A DNA stretch of 64,000 bases from Betaproteobacteria bacterium. GTDB lineage: Bacteria > Pseudomonadota > Gammaproteobacteria > Burkholderiales > JAHFQX01. The notes below the pieces were generated by a model. It was given only the letters and a program-made list of their open reading frames with translations, ran no database searches and was not told where the DNA came from. A program made the translations under genes and the position numbers. Of the stretch, positions 9,144 through 18,857 are shown one piece after another. Each line of letters starts with the position of its first letter. The first letter of the stretch is position 1. The stretch spans positions 111 through 64,110 of the forward strand of contig JAHFQX010000012.1 in assembly GCA_023259135.1 (NCBI GenBank), in the 5' to 3' direction.

Positions 9144-10373
9144 ATGAAAAAACCAGATCGATCCCTGGGCCGGGTCGCCGCCATTGTCGGCATGGGGGAT
9201 GCCTATGCCGACCACGAGAACGTCAAAGACCCGCTGCAATTGGCCACCGAGGCCACCTGGGGAGCCATCAGGGATGCCGGCATCAAGAAGGACGACATCG
9301 ACATTCTGCTCACCGGCCGCGCTCCCTGGGCGGACCGCCGGCCGCAGTGGAGCAACATTTTCGCTTCCCACCTGCAATTGCCGGTGCGCATGACCACCGA
9401 GCTGACTTTCCACGGCGCCGGAGTCAACGCCATCATCGGCCAGGCGGCCCTGGCGATTGCCGCCGGAGTGGCCGACTACGTCCTGTGCGTCCAGGCCGAC
9501 GCCGTGCAGTTATTCATCGACGCCACCGCGGTGGGGGCCGCCACCGATGCCTGCCCGCAATTCGAGTTTCCCTACGGGCCGACCATTCCCACTATCTATG
9601 CCCAACTGGCCTGCCGCTACATGCACGAGTTCGGCGTCACCGAGGAGGATTTCGCCGAGGTGGCGGTGCAACGGCAGGAATGGGCGGTGCATCACCCCAA
9701 GGCGGCCAAGCGCAAGCATGGCTTGATCACCGTGGAAGACGTGATGAAGTCTCCCTACATTTCCTCGCCGCTGCGGCGCTGGATGTGCGCCACCTGGGGG
9801 CCGGGGGGCACCGCCGGAGCCTTCATCGTCACCAGCGTCGAACGGGCGGCGAAAGCCAAGAACCCCATCTATATCCGCGGCTTCGGCACCTGCACCACCC
9901 ATGAGTATCTATGCGAGCGCATCAATCTGCGCAAGAGCCGCATTCCGCTGGGGCCGCTGCCCGCCATCACCACCACCGGCGCGGCCTACGCCGCCAAGGA
10001 AGCCTACGAGATGGCGGACCTGCAACCCCAGGACATGCAAATCGCGGCGCTGGCCGGCAACTTCTCCCATACCGTGCTGGTGCAACTGGAAGACCTGGGC
10101 TTCGCTCCCAAGGGCAAGGCCATGGATTTGGTGAGGAGCGGCCGCATGCGTCCGGGGGGGGATTTCCCGGTGGATACCAACGGCGGCTGGATGGGTTTCG
10201 GCCAGCCGGGCATTTCGGTGGCGGCGGATTCCCTGGTGGAAACCGTCCGTCAGTTGCGGGGCAACCCCCTGGGGCTCAAGGCCGGCAACAATCCCAAGTT
10301 GGCGATGGCTTATTCGGCCGGCGGCATGCTGGCTTGCCATAGCGCCGTGATCCTGGGCACGGAAAAATCATAA
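9144..10373 (+). CDS. Thiolase-superfamily protein (SCP-x/Ltp type) lacking the canonical nucleophilic Cys
   Basis: 409 aa with a thiolase-like fold and a DUF35 gene downstream. By-eye alignment places GAGV where thiolases have CASG, and GQP where they have GHP. Confidence 0.75.
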   Translation: MKKPDRSLGRVAAIVGMGDAYADHENVKDPLQLATEATWGAIRDAGIKKDDIDILLTGRAPWADRRPQWSNIFASHLQLPVRMTTELTFHGAGVNAIIGQAALAIAAGVADYVLCVQADAVQLFIDATAVGAATDACPQFEFPYGPTIPTIYAQLACRYMHEFGVTEEDFAEVAVQRQEWAVHHPKAAKRKHGLITVEDVMKSPYISSPLRRWMCATWGPGGTAGAFIVTSVERAAKAKNPIYIRGFGTCTTHEYLCERINLRKSRIPLGPLPAITTTGAAYAAKEAYEMADLQPQDMQIAALAGNFSHTVLVQLEDLGFAPKGKAMDLVRSGRMRPGGDFPVDTNGGWMGFGQPGISVAADSLVETVRQLRGNPLGLKAGNNPKLAMAYSAGGMLACHSAVILGTEKS

Positions 10374-10384
10374 GGAGGACGACC

Positions 10385-10810
10385 ATGCTGGAACAAGGCG
10401 AATTCGCGGATTTCAAGGAAAGCTATCCCCAACCCCGGGTCACCCAGGATGCGCTGCCTTACTGGGAAGCAGTCCGTAACAAAAAGCTGCTGTTCCAGCG
10501 CTGCCCGGCCTGTAGCGGCGCCATCTTTCCGCCGCGCTCCGTTTGTCCCATGTGCGACGCCGGCGCCAAGCCGGGGTGGGAAGAATCCAAGGGCGCGGGC
10601 AGCATCTATAGCTTCTCGGTGGTGCACCGGCCGCCTTCCGCGATCTGGAAGAGCCACGCGCCCTACACCATCGGGCTGGTGCGGCTGGACGAGGATTATT
10701 TCCTGTTCGCCGAGATCGAGGGCAAGCCGGAGGACATGGCGGTGGGCAAGCGGGTAGAGGTGAACTTCCCCGACCGGGAAGTGCCGCTGCCGACCTTCCG
10801 ACTGGTTTAA
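10385..10810 (+). CDS. DUF35 Zn-ribbon/OB-fold protein (thiolase/aldolase partner)
   Basis: 141 aa with a CPAC..(14)..CPMC zinc ribbon followed by an OB-fold-like region. It lies 11 nt after the thiolase-like gene. Confidence 0.8.
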   Translation: MLEQGEFADFKESYPQPRVTQDALPYWEAVRNKKLLFQRCPACSGAIFPPRSVCPMCDAGAKPGWEESKGAGSIYSFSVVHRPPSAIWKSHAPYTIGLVRLDEDYFLFAEIEGKPEDMAVGKRVEVNFPDREVPLPTFRLV

Positions 10811-10814
10811 CGCC

Positions 10815-12152
10815 GTGTTCCAGGCGGCTCTTCGGCCTTATTGGGACGCCGCGGCGGAAACCCGTGCTCCGGCCGAGCAGCGGCGCCTGCGCCTGGAGGG
10901 GACGCGCCGGCTGCTGGATTGGGTCACCGAGCGCTCGCCCTTTTATCGGGAGCGTTTCCGCAAGGCGGGGGTGGATCTCCGCGGCATCCGGACCCTGGAG
11001 GATTTCGCCGCCGCGGTGCCGCTGACCGCCAAGCAGGAGCTGCGGGATGCCATGGAGCGCATGGGCACGGCCTTGCCTCACTTGTGCGTTCCCCGGGAGC
11101 AGATCGTGCTGGCGGGTCCTTCCGCCGGCACCAGCGGCCGCCAGACCTATCAGGCGTTTACCGCCGAGGACCTCGACGTCAATACCGGAATCACCGCCCG
11201 CTTGCATTGGTGCTGCGGCTTGCGTCCGGGGGACGTGTTCCACCTGCTGATCACTCCATTCACTCCCGCCGCGGAGATCTTCAAGCTAGCCGCTCAGCGC
11301 ATGGGTGTGCATTGGGTGATCCGCGACGACCATGAACCGAACCATGTGCCGCGTTATGTGGACGTGGCCCATTCCCTGCAACCGACCTTCCTGCAAGCGG
11401 GAGTGGCCACGCTGCGGGCCATGGTGCAGCACGCCGCCGCCACCTTCGGCAACAAGCGCATGGCCTATCGAAAAGCCATCCTGATGGGGGCGGCGCTGGG
11501 GGCTGAGGCCCGGGCCGAATTCCGCGAGGAATCGGGCATCGATGTCTATACCTTGTCCGGACAGGGTTCGGATTTCAATCTGTTCGGCACCCAATGCGAC
11601 CGGCACGACGGCGAGCACTGGCATGCCGACGACCTGACCCTGGTGGAGTTGATCGACCCTAACACCGGCATGCCGGCCCAGGAGGGCGAGCTGGGGGAGC
11701 TGGTGATCACCGATTTCTATCGCCGCGCCACGCCCCACGTGCGCTGGCGCACCGAGGACATGTATCGCATGCACCCCGGCCCCTGCGCCTGCGGCCGCAC
11801 CACCCGTCGCTACACTCTGCTGGATCGGCTGGCGAACCGCGTGACGGTGGGCCGTGTTTCGGTTTACCCGTTCCAGGTGGAAGAGAGCTTGTCTCGGAGC
11901 GATGCGGGACGCAATCTGGAATTTTCCCTAGTGCGCCGGCCGGGGGCGGCACGGACCCTGGAAGTGCGCCTGCTGCGCCCCAGTACCTTGATTGCGGAAA
12001 CCGCGGGCGAGATCGAAAGGAGCATTGCGGCGCATCTTTCCAAGGAACTGGGGGTTCCGGTGCAAGCCGGCTTTCACGATCGGCTCCGGTATGTCGGCTA
12101 CAAGACTCTGCGGGTGGTGGACGAGAAAGATGCTCCTGTTTCGGCTTATTGA
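10815..12152 (+). CDS. Phenylacetate-CoA ligase (PaaK)/F390 synthetase family adenylate-forming enzyme
   Basis: 445 aa with a GTG start 4 nt after the DUF35 stop. Features include N-terminal SPFYRERFRKAG, the P-loop-like SAGTSGRQT, and RWRTEDM. Confidence 0.75.
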   Translation: MFQAALRPYWDAAAETRAPAEQRRLRLEGTRRLLDWVTERSPFYRERFRKAGVDLRGIRTLEDFAAAVPLTAKQELRDAMERMGTALPHLCVPREQIVLAGPSAGTSGRQTYQAFTAEDLDVNTGITARLHWCCGLRPGDVFHLLITPFTPAAEIFKLAAQRMGVHWVIRDDHEPNHVPRYVDVAHSLQPTFLQAGVATLRAMVQHAAATFGNKRMAYRKAILMGAALGAEARAEFREESGIDVYTLSGQGSDFNLFGTQCDRHDGEHWHADDLTLVELIDPNTGMPAQEGELGELVITDFYRRATPHVRWRTEDMYRMHPGPCACGRTTRRYTLLDRLANRVTVGRVSVYPFQVEESLSRSDAGRNLEFSLVRRPGAARTLEVRLLRPSTLIAETAGEIERSIAAHLSKELGVPVQAGFHDRLRYVGYKTLRVVDEKDAPVSAY

Positions 12153-12264
12153 AATGACGGAATGGTTTGACGCAAGAAGTGGAAGAAAGCGGATTCGTGT
12201 TATGCGATTCGGCGATGTTGGGGCAGAGGCAGGGAAACCGGCTTTGGTTTCAGGAAGACACTAG

Positions 12265-13302
12265 ATGAGAACGGGAATAAGGATTTATGCTTTTTTGGGC
12301 GCAACCATTGTGGCGTTGTCGTCTTTCGTTGGAGAGGTTGCCGCGCAGCAGATGAAGCTGCGGGTGGCGGATTCGCTGGCGGTAGGGAGTTATATTGCCG
12401 AGCAGGGCGCCAAATACTGGATGCGGGAAGTGACCCGCCTGACCAACGGGGCCGTCGAGTTTGAATACTACCCGTCGGAACAGTTGGGCAAGGCCAAGGA
12501 TCTGCTGGCCCTGACCCAATCCGGGGTGGTGGACATCGGGTATGTGGTTCCGGCCTACGCTTCCGACAAAATGCCCTTGTCCGCCGTCGTGGAATTGCCC
12601 GGGAATTTCCCGAATTCCTGCACGGGTACTCTGGCCTATTGGAAACTGGTCAGAGGGGAGGGGGTTCTCGCCAAGCGCGAGTTCGAGCCCAATGGGGTGA
12701 GGGTATTGATCGCTTTTGCCGCTTCCCCGTACCAGTTGTTCACGGCGAAACGGAAGATCGAGGGCATTAAAAGTATCGAAGGGCTGAAGCTGCGTACCGC
12801 CGGGGGAGCGTCCGACACCACCGTGCGCGCGTTCAAGGGCGTACCGGTGCGCATTGCCGTGCCGGAACTGCACGAATCGCTGTCGCGCGGGACCATCGAC
12901 GGACTTACCTTTCCCTATGCCAGCGTTATTTCGAATAAGCTGACCGAATTGCTCAAATATGGAACCGAGGGAGAGAATTTCGGCAGCGGGTTGATTACTT
13001 ATGCCATCGGCGAAGCGCGCTGGCAGAAGCTCCCCCAGAGCGTCCAGAAGGCCATGAACGAGGCCAGCGAAGCCGCGACGCGCAACCTGTGCGGCTTCAC
13101 GGATAAGCAAACGGAGATCGACAAGGAGAGAATCCGCCAGCAGGGGGTGCTCCTGGCCCGATTGCCGCAATCCGAGCGCAAGGAAATCGACGCCAACTTT
13201 TCGGCGGTGGCGGCCGAATGGGCGGAAATCCTGGATAAACGCGGCAAGCCCGGCAGCGAAGTGCTGAAGGCCTATCGCGCCGCGCTGCAGGAAGTACGCT
13301 GA
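12265..13302 (+). CDS. DctP-family (TRAP-type) periplasmic solute-binding protein, with no adjacent DctQ/DctM
   Basis: 345 aa with a signal peptide. DctP-like motifs: EFEYYPSEQLGKAKDLLALTQSGVVDIG and ESLSRGTIDG. Confidence 0.8.
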   Translation: MRTGIRIYAFLGATIVALSSFVGEVAAQQMKLRVADSLAVGSYIAEQGAKYWMREVTRLTNGAVEFEYYPSEQLGKAKDLLALTQSGVVDIGYVVPAYASDKMPLSAVVELPGNFPNSCTGTLAYWKLVRGEGVLAKREFEPNGVRVLIAFAASPYQLFTAKRKIEGIKSIEGLKLRTAGGASDTTVRAFKGVPVRIAVPELHESLSRGTIDGLTFPYASVISNKLTELLKYGTEGENFGSGLITYAIGEARWQKLPQSVQKAMNEASEAATRNLCGFTDKQTEIDKERIRQQGVLLARLPQSERKEIDANFSAVAAEWAEILDKRGKPGSEVLKAYRAALQEVR

Positions 13303-13400
13303 TCGCCCTACGCCCCTCACCCTTTGCGGGGTTTTCCCCGCCGAGGAATGAGCGGAATCGGGGGGCGGAAAATTGAATCATTCTTCCGAGGAGTTATTCC

Positions 13401-14558
13401 ATGGATTTCGAGTTAAGCGAAGAGCATCAGGCAATCCGGGAAACCGCCCGCCGGTTTGTCGAGAAGGAATTGCCCCGCAGTCAGATTCTGGCCTGGGTCC
13501 GGGAGAAGACCGAGCCGCCCCGGGAGTTGTTCCGCAAGCTGGGAGAGCTGGGCATGTACGGCTTTCTGATGCCCGAGGAATACAGCGGACTGGAACGCAT
13601 CGACTCCATCGGCATGATCACTTTCGTCGAGCAACTGGCTCGCTGCTCTGCCGCGCTGACCACCGCCTACGGCCGCGCCGCCGTGATCCTCGGGCCGCTG
13701 GTGGCGAGTGCCGCCAACAAGGAACAGAAGGACAAGGTGTTGCCCAAGGTTGTCGCCGGGGAAGTTTTCATGGCGCTGGGCCTCACCGAGCCGGGCTCCG
13801 GCTCCGACGCGGCGTCCCTGCGGACCCGCGCCGTGAAGCAGGCTGACGGCTCCTATGTGGTCAACGGCGAGAAGATGTTCTGCACCCAAGCGCAATCCGC
13901 CGGTTTCATGATCCTCGCCGCCCGCACCGATCCCGAAGCCATCAAGCAGGAAGGTCTCTCGCTGTTCCTGATCGAGAATCCGGGCGCTAATCCGGCCATC
14001 GAGCTCAATCGGATTGAGACCATGGGCATGGCCATGGTGCCGACCTTCGCGGTGAATTTCCGCGACCTCAAGCTGCCGGCCTCGGCCTTGATCGGCAAGG
14101 AAAACCAAGGCTGGAAATACATGCTGCACGGACTGGACAACGAACGCTTGTACCACGGCGCTATCGGCGTCGGCGCGTCCCAGGGCATCATCGACGAGGT
14201 CATCGCCTACCTCAAGCAGCGCATCCAATTCGGCAAGCCACTCTCCAAGCTGCAATCGGTACGCCACAAGATCGTGGACATGCAGATGCGGGTGGAGGCG
14301 GCGCGCTTGCTGACCTATCGCGGCGCGGCAGTGCTGGCCAAGACCGGCAGTTGCCACAACGAAGCATCCTACGCCAAGGTGGCCGGCGCCGAATGTTACA
14401 TGCATTGCGCCTATACCGGCCTGCATCTCATGGGCGGCTTCGGCTACTGCGTGGATTCCGGCCTGCCGATGCATTTCCAGGATGCCAAGCTGTTTGAAAT
14501 CGGCGGCGGCGCCATGGAAGTGCAACGGGACATCATCGCCCGGGGCTTGGGGCTTTAA
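13401..14558 (+). CDS. Acyl-CoA dehydrogenase (isovaleryl-CoA dehydrogenase-like motifs)
   Basis: 385 aa with LTEPGSGSD, LDNERL and LFEIGGGAMEVQR. Confidence 0.88.
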   Translation: MDFELSEEHQAIRETARRFVEKELPRSQILAWVREKTEPPRELFRKLGELGMYGFLMPEEYSGLERIDSIGMITFVEQLARCSAALTTAYGRAAVILGPLVASAANKEQKDKVLPKVVAGEVFMALGLTEPGSGSDAASLRTRAVKQADGSYVVNGEKMFCTQAQSAGFMILAARTDPEAIKQEGLSLFLIENPGANPAIELNRIETMGMAMVPTFAVNFRDLKLPASALIGKENQGWKYMLHGLDNERLYHGAIGVGASQGIIDEVIAYLKQRIQFGKPLSKLQSVRHKIVDMQMRVEAARLLTYRGAAVLAKTGSCHNEASYAKVAGAECYMHCAYTGLHLMGGFGYCVDSGLPMHFQDAKLFEIGGGAMEVQRDIIARGLGL

Positions 14559-14559
14559 G

Positions 14560-15351
14560 GTGAGCGTGCCCAAAACCAAGCTCGCCACCTTGGAAGAAGC
14601 GGTGGCTCTGGCCGCCGGGGCTTCCCGGATTGCTCTGGGCGGCTGGAGCTTCAGCCGCCGGCCGGTGCGGATGGCCATGGAATGGGTCGTTCGGGGATTG
14701 CGTTTCGAGGAGTTGGTGGTGATGACCGGCGGGCTGGAGACCGATCTGCTGCTGGCGGCCGGCGTGGCGCGGCGGGTCAGGAGTTTTTATCTCGGCATGG
14801 AAGCCCTGGGCATGGGTCCGGGGCTCAAGGCCGGCGCCGAGGTGGTGGAGGAGACCGAGACTTCCCTGGTGCTGGGGCTCAATGCCGCGGTGGAGGGTGT
14901 TTCTTTCCTGCCCTTGCCCAAGCATCACGGCGAGGCTTTGTCGCAAGTGCGCCCGGAACTCAAAGCGGTGCGCTGTCCTTACAGCGGCGCGGAGTATTGG
15001 GCCATTCCGCCGATCCCGGTGGACGTGGCCTATATCCATGGGTGGCGGGCCGATGCCAGGGGCAACGTGGTGCTAGGCGGGCACAAAGGTGCCGATCGGC
15101 TACTGGCTTTGGCGGCGCGGCGCACCGTGGTGACTTGCGAGGAATTGGTGGACGACATTGCCGCCACCGGCCTGGAGGCCGACCTTACCGAGCCCCTGGT
15201 GGATCAAGTGGTGCATTTGCCCGGCGGCGCCCGGCCCGGCGGCTGCCTGCCGGGCTACGAGCCGGACTGGCCGGCGTTGCTGGAATACGTCAGTCTGGAG
15301 CGGGCAGCGGTGACCGAGTGGGCCGGGCGCGGCAGGGAGGGGAGGGGATGA
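14560..15351 (+). CDS. Class I CoA-transferase fold, alpha (A) subunit-like
   Basis: An in-frame GTG sits 1 nt after the ACAD stop. The product VSVPKTKLATLEEAV..IALGGWSF resembles GctA/AtoD-type subunit A. The start was trimmed from the 14482 ORF. Confidence 0.65.
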   Translation: MSVPKTKLATLEEAVALAAGASRIALGGWSFSRRPVRMAMEWVVRGLRFEELVVMTGGLETDLLLAAGVARRVRSFYLGMEALGMGPGLKAGAEVVEETETSLVLGLNAAVEGVSFLPLPKHHGEALSQVRPELKAVRCPYSGAEYWAIPPIPVDVAYIHGWRADARGNVVLGGHKGADRLLALAARRTVVTCEELVDDIAATGLEADLTEPLVDQVVHLPGGARPGGCLPGYEPDWPALLEYVSLERAAVTEWAGRGREGRG

Positions 15352-16175
15352 AGCCCGATGTGGATACCGCCGAATTGATGGTGTGGGTGATGAGCCGCCA
15401 CTTGGCCCGGACCGAAGTCATCCAGTTGGGCCTCGCCTCGGCCCTGAACCAGGTGGCGGCGCTGCTAGCCCATGCCGTGGCGCAAGGCCAGGGCCCGGCG
15501 GTGGAAGATCCGGCGGGGCTCACCTTGAGCCGGGCGTATCGCATCGCCAGCTTGAGCCGCAGCGAGCGCGCCGCGCAGCAAGGAGCCGTGCGGCGTTTCG
15601 AAGCCCCCGAATGGATCGCCCAGATGATGCCGAGGTTGGCCGGCCGCATGGGGCAATTCGTGCGCCCCTTGCAGATCGACGCCCGGGGGCGCCTCAATAC
15701 CCTGCAAGTCGCCGATGCCCAGGGCCGCCCGCGGCGCTTCGCCGGATTGGCGGGGCTCGCCGAACTGGCCGAGATCGCCCGGCCGTTTTTCGCCTATCTG
15801 CCCCGGCAGGACCGGCGTTGCTTTGTCGATGAGGTGGAGTTCGTGGTGTGCGACCCGCTGGCGGCCAACCCGGATCCCGATGCCCGGATCGTTCTAGTCA
15901 CCGACTTGGCGGTATTCGAATTCACCCGCGCCGGCGCCCAGGCCGTCAACCGGCATCCCTGGGTTTCGAAAACCGCCTTGCGGGAGGCCACTCCCGCCGC
16001 GGTGGCGGTGGACGATGCGGCGGTCACCCCACTGCCCGATGCCGGCACGCTGCGCTTGTTGCGGGAACAGGTGGACCCTTTGGGCATTCGCAACATCGAG
16101 TTTCTCTCCGGCAAAGACCGCCGCGCGGGGTTGTTGCGGCTCTACGCCGACGAGGCGGCGCGGCCCTTGCCGTGA
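15348..16175 (+). CDS. Class I CoA-transferase fold, beta (B) subunit-like, with no SENG catalytic motif seen
   Basis: The ATG at 15348 overlaps the subunit A stop (ATGA). The product is MKPDVDTAELMVWVMSRHL... The longer 14682 ORF is an out-of-gene extension. Confidence 0.6.
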   Translation: MKPDVDTAELMVWVMSRHLARTEVIQLGLASALNQVAALLAHAVAQGQGPAVEDPAGLTLSRAYRIASLSRSERAAQQGAVRRFEAPEWIAQMMPRLAGRMGQFVRPLQIDARGRLNTLQVADAQGRPRRFAGLAGLAELAEIARPFFAYLPRQDRRCFVDEVEFVVCDPLAANPDPDARIVLVTDLAVFEFTRAGAQAVNRHPWVSKTALREATPAAVAVDDAAVTPLPDAGTLRLLREQVDPLGIRNIEFLSGKDRRAGLLRLYADEAARPLP

Positions 16176-16253
16176 TTGATGGATTGATCAGATGGGCGCG
16201 TTTGTTTGAGAAACTGCAGCGGGTAGCGTGAGCGTTGAAACGAAACGTGGAGG

Positions 16254-17128
16254 GTGATGATGAAGCGCTATTGGAAATTGATTGTGGTATGCGGCATCGT
16301 GTTTTCCACCTGGGCAAATCTAGCCCTGGCTCAAGGCAAGGGGAAACTCTCCCTGGGGGTGGCGGATTCGCTGCCCACCGGAAAACACTGGTTGGTGGAT
16401 AACGGCATCAAGCCGTGGGGAGGCGGTGACTCGGACTACGGGAGGAGCGGTAACCTTCGAATACTATCCGTCGGAACAGTTGGGTAAGACGAAGGATATG
16501 CTCGCCTTGGCCCTGTCCGGGGTGACCGATATCGCCTGTCGTGCCATCTTTCATCTCCGACAATAAAATGCCGTTGTCGGGGGTGGCGGAATTGTCTGGC
16601 GGTTTCACCACCTCCTGCCAAGGGACTTTGGCCTATTGGAAGCTGGCCAAGGATGGCATCTTGGCGGAGAAGGATTTTGCGCCCAACGGGGTTCGGATAC
16701 TATTCAGCGCGGTGATGCCGCCTTACCAAATGATTTTTCCGTTTTCCAGCCTAGCGCCCTATAAACTCGACGGCTTGGTGAAATATGCCACTCTCGACGA
16801 GAGCCTGGGAGCCGTCGTCGTCAATTTTGTCATCAGCGAGGCTCGTTGGAAGAAGCTTCCGGAGAGCGTCCAGAAGGCCATGATGGATGCCGGCGAGGAG
16901 ACAACCCGGCGACTCTGCACGGCGCCGGATCAGGACTTGCAAACCGATATCGCCAAACTTAAGCAGGGGGGTCTGGTGACCGTGCAGCTTCCGGCCGCCG
17001 ACAAGAAGGAGCTTCAAGGGTTGCTGGCCGGTGTCCAGACGGAATGGGCTGAAGCCCTCGACAAGCGAGGTAAGCCCGGAACCGAGGTGTTCAAGGCTTT
17101 CCGGGCCGCAGTCCAGCAATCGCGCTGA
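16254..17128 (+). pseudogene. Decayed DctP-family solute-binding protein gene (two frameshifts plus an internal deletion)
   Basis: Homology to 12265-13302 runs through three reading frames. Frame a covers the signal peptide to GVADSLP. Frame b reads AVTFEYYPSEQLGKTKDMLALALSGVTDIA and then hits a stop. Frame c starts at DNKMPLSGVAELSGGF. About 60 aa are missing between ..PPYQM and ..YKLDGLVKY relative to the intact paralog. Confidence 0.8.
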
Positions 17129-17143
17129 TACTTGGAGGAACCC

Positions 17144-17608
17144 ATGGCACAGCAAACCAGGCGCGGCTTGTACTACGAGGATTTCGAGGTGGGCCAGGAG
17201 TTCACCACTCCGGCCCGCACGGTGACCCAGACCGACATCGTCAATTTCTCGTGCTTGTCGGGGGATTTCAACGGCGTCCATGCCAACTTTGAATACTGCA
17301 AGACCACGCCGTTCGGAGAGCCCATCGCCCACGGCCCGCTGGTGCTTGCCATCATGGGCGGCCTATCCTACGCCACCGGCATCAACGACGGCACTCTGCT
17401 GACGCTGCTGCAAATGGATGCTTGGCGGATGCTGAGCCCGGTCAAGCACGGTGACACGATCCACATGGTTTCCAAAGTCGTCGGCAAGAAGGAAACCAGC
17501 AAGCCGGACCGCGGGGTCATCATCTTCGAGCGTCGCTGCGTCAAGCAGGACGGCGGCATCGCTCAGGAGATGCGGGCGACCATGCTGTACCGCCGCCGCC
17601 CCGCCTGA
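17144..17608 (+). CDS. MaoC-like enoyl-CoA hydratase (hotdog fold)
   Basis: ATG at 17144 follows a GGAGGA site. The product MAQQTRRGLYYEDFEVGQEF...GDFNGVHANFEY..FGEPIAHGPL is a typical MaoC dehydratase. Confidence 0.8.
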   Translation: MAQQTRRGLYYEDFEVGQEFTTPARTVTQTDIVNFSCLSGDFNGVHANFEYCKTTPFGEPIAHGPLVLAIMGGLSYATGINDGTLLTLLQMDAWRMLSPVKHGDTIHMVSKVVGKKETSKPDRGVIIFERRCVKQDGGIAQEMRATMLYRRRPA

Positions 17609-17657
17609 TCTTTCTGGCCCGCAGCCGGGCTGCGCGTTGCGACAAGGAGTGGGATCC

Positions 17658-18824
17658 ATGGATTTCTCTTTTTCTCCCGATCAACAGGCGATCCGCGAGG
17701 CGGCCTTCAAGATCTGCGAGGGGTTCGGGGACGACTACTGGCTGGCCAAGGACAAGGAGGGCGGCTATCCCCTGGATTTTCACCGGGCTTTCGCCGAGGC
17801 TGGCTGGCTGGGCATCGCCATGCCGGAACAATACGGTGGTTCGGGCATGGGGATTACCGAGGCGGCGATTTTGATGCAGGCGGTCACCGAGTCCTGCGCG
17901 GGCGGGACCGGCGCCTCGGCGATTCATCTCAACATCTTCGGCCTGAATCCGGTGGCGGTATTCGGCACCGAGGAGCAGAAGCGCCGCATGCTGCCCCCCA
18001 TGATCGCCGGGAAAGAACGGGCTTGCTTCGGCGTCACCGAACCGAACACCGGCCTGAATACCTTGAAGCTCAAGACCAAGGCGGTGCGCCGGGGTGATCA
18101 CTACGTCGTCAACGGCGAGAAGGTGTGGATCAGCTCCGCCCAGGCGGCCCACAAAATTCTGCTCCTTGCACGAACCCAGGAACCCCATGAAGTCAGCCAT
18201 CCATCGTTGGGGTTGTCGCTGTTCTACACCGATCTTGACCGGAAGTATGTGGACATCCGCGAGATCGAAAAGATGTCCCGCAAGGCCATAGACGCTAACC
18301 AGCTTTTCATCGAGGGGCTGCAGGTCCCCGTCGAGGATCGCATCGGCGAGGAGGGCAGGGGCTTCGAATATATTCTGCACGGCATGAACCCGGAGCGGGT
18401 CTTGGTCGCCGCCGAGTGCGTCGGCATCGGTCGCAACGCGTTGCGGCGGGCCGCCCGCTATGCCGGGGAGCGCGTCGTCTTCGATCGCCCCATCGGCATG
18501 AACCAAGGGATCCAGCACCCGCTGGCCGAAGCGTGGATGGAACTGGAAGCGGCCAACCTCATGGTATTCAAGGCCGCCACGCTGTACGACCAAGGCCAGC
18601 CCTGCGGCCCTGAAGCCAACACCGGCAAGTACCTGGCGGCCGAGGCGGGATTTAAGGCGGCGAAAACCGCGGTGCTGACCCACGGTGGATTCGGCTACGC
18701 CAAGGAATTCCACGTCGAACGCCTGATGCGCGAAGTGATGCTGTTCCGCATCGCTCCCATCAGCGGACAGCTCGTCAAGTGCTTCATTGCCGAGAAGGTC
18801 CTGGGCCTGCCAAAATCCTATTGA
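17658..18824 (+). CDS. Acyl-CoA dehydrogenase
   Basis: Start trimmed to the ATG at 17658 (MDFSFSPDQQAIREAA). Contains VTEPNTGLN, GMNPERV and the ACAD C-terminal domain. Confidence 0.88.
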   Translation: MDFSFSPDQQAIREAAFKICEGFGDDYWLAKDKEGGYPLDFHRAFAEAGWLGIAMPEQYGGSGMGITEAAILMQAVTESCAGGTGASAIHLNIFGLNPVAVFGTEEQKRRMLPPMIAGKERACFGVTEPNTGLNTLKLKTKAVRRGDHYVVNGEKVWISSAQAAHKILLLARTQEPHEVSHPSLGLSLFYTDLDRKYVDIREIEKMSRKAIDANQLFIEGLQVPVEDRIGEEGRGFEYILHGMNPERVLVAAECVGIGRNALRRAARYAGERVVFDRPIGMNQGIQHPLAEAWMELEAANLMVFKAATLYDQGQPCGPEANTGKYLAAEAGFKAAKTAVLTHGGFGYAKEFHVERLMREVMLFRIAPISGQLVKCFIAEKVLGLPKSY

Positions 18825-18857
18825 AGTTGACCGAAACCCTTGACCAGGAGATTTCCC

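Noticed and set aside
13326-13341. Hairpin GCGGGG-TTTT-CCCCGC after the first DctP gene.
   Set aside because: It is a perfect but short stem without a following U-tract. It may stabilise the SBP mRNA segment, but it is not a supported terminator.
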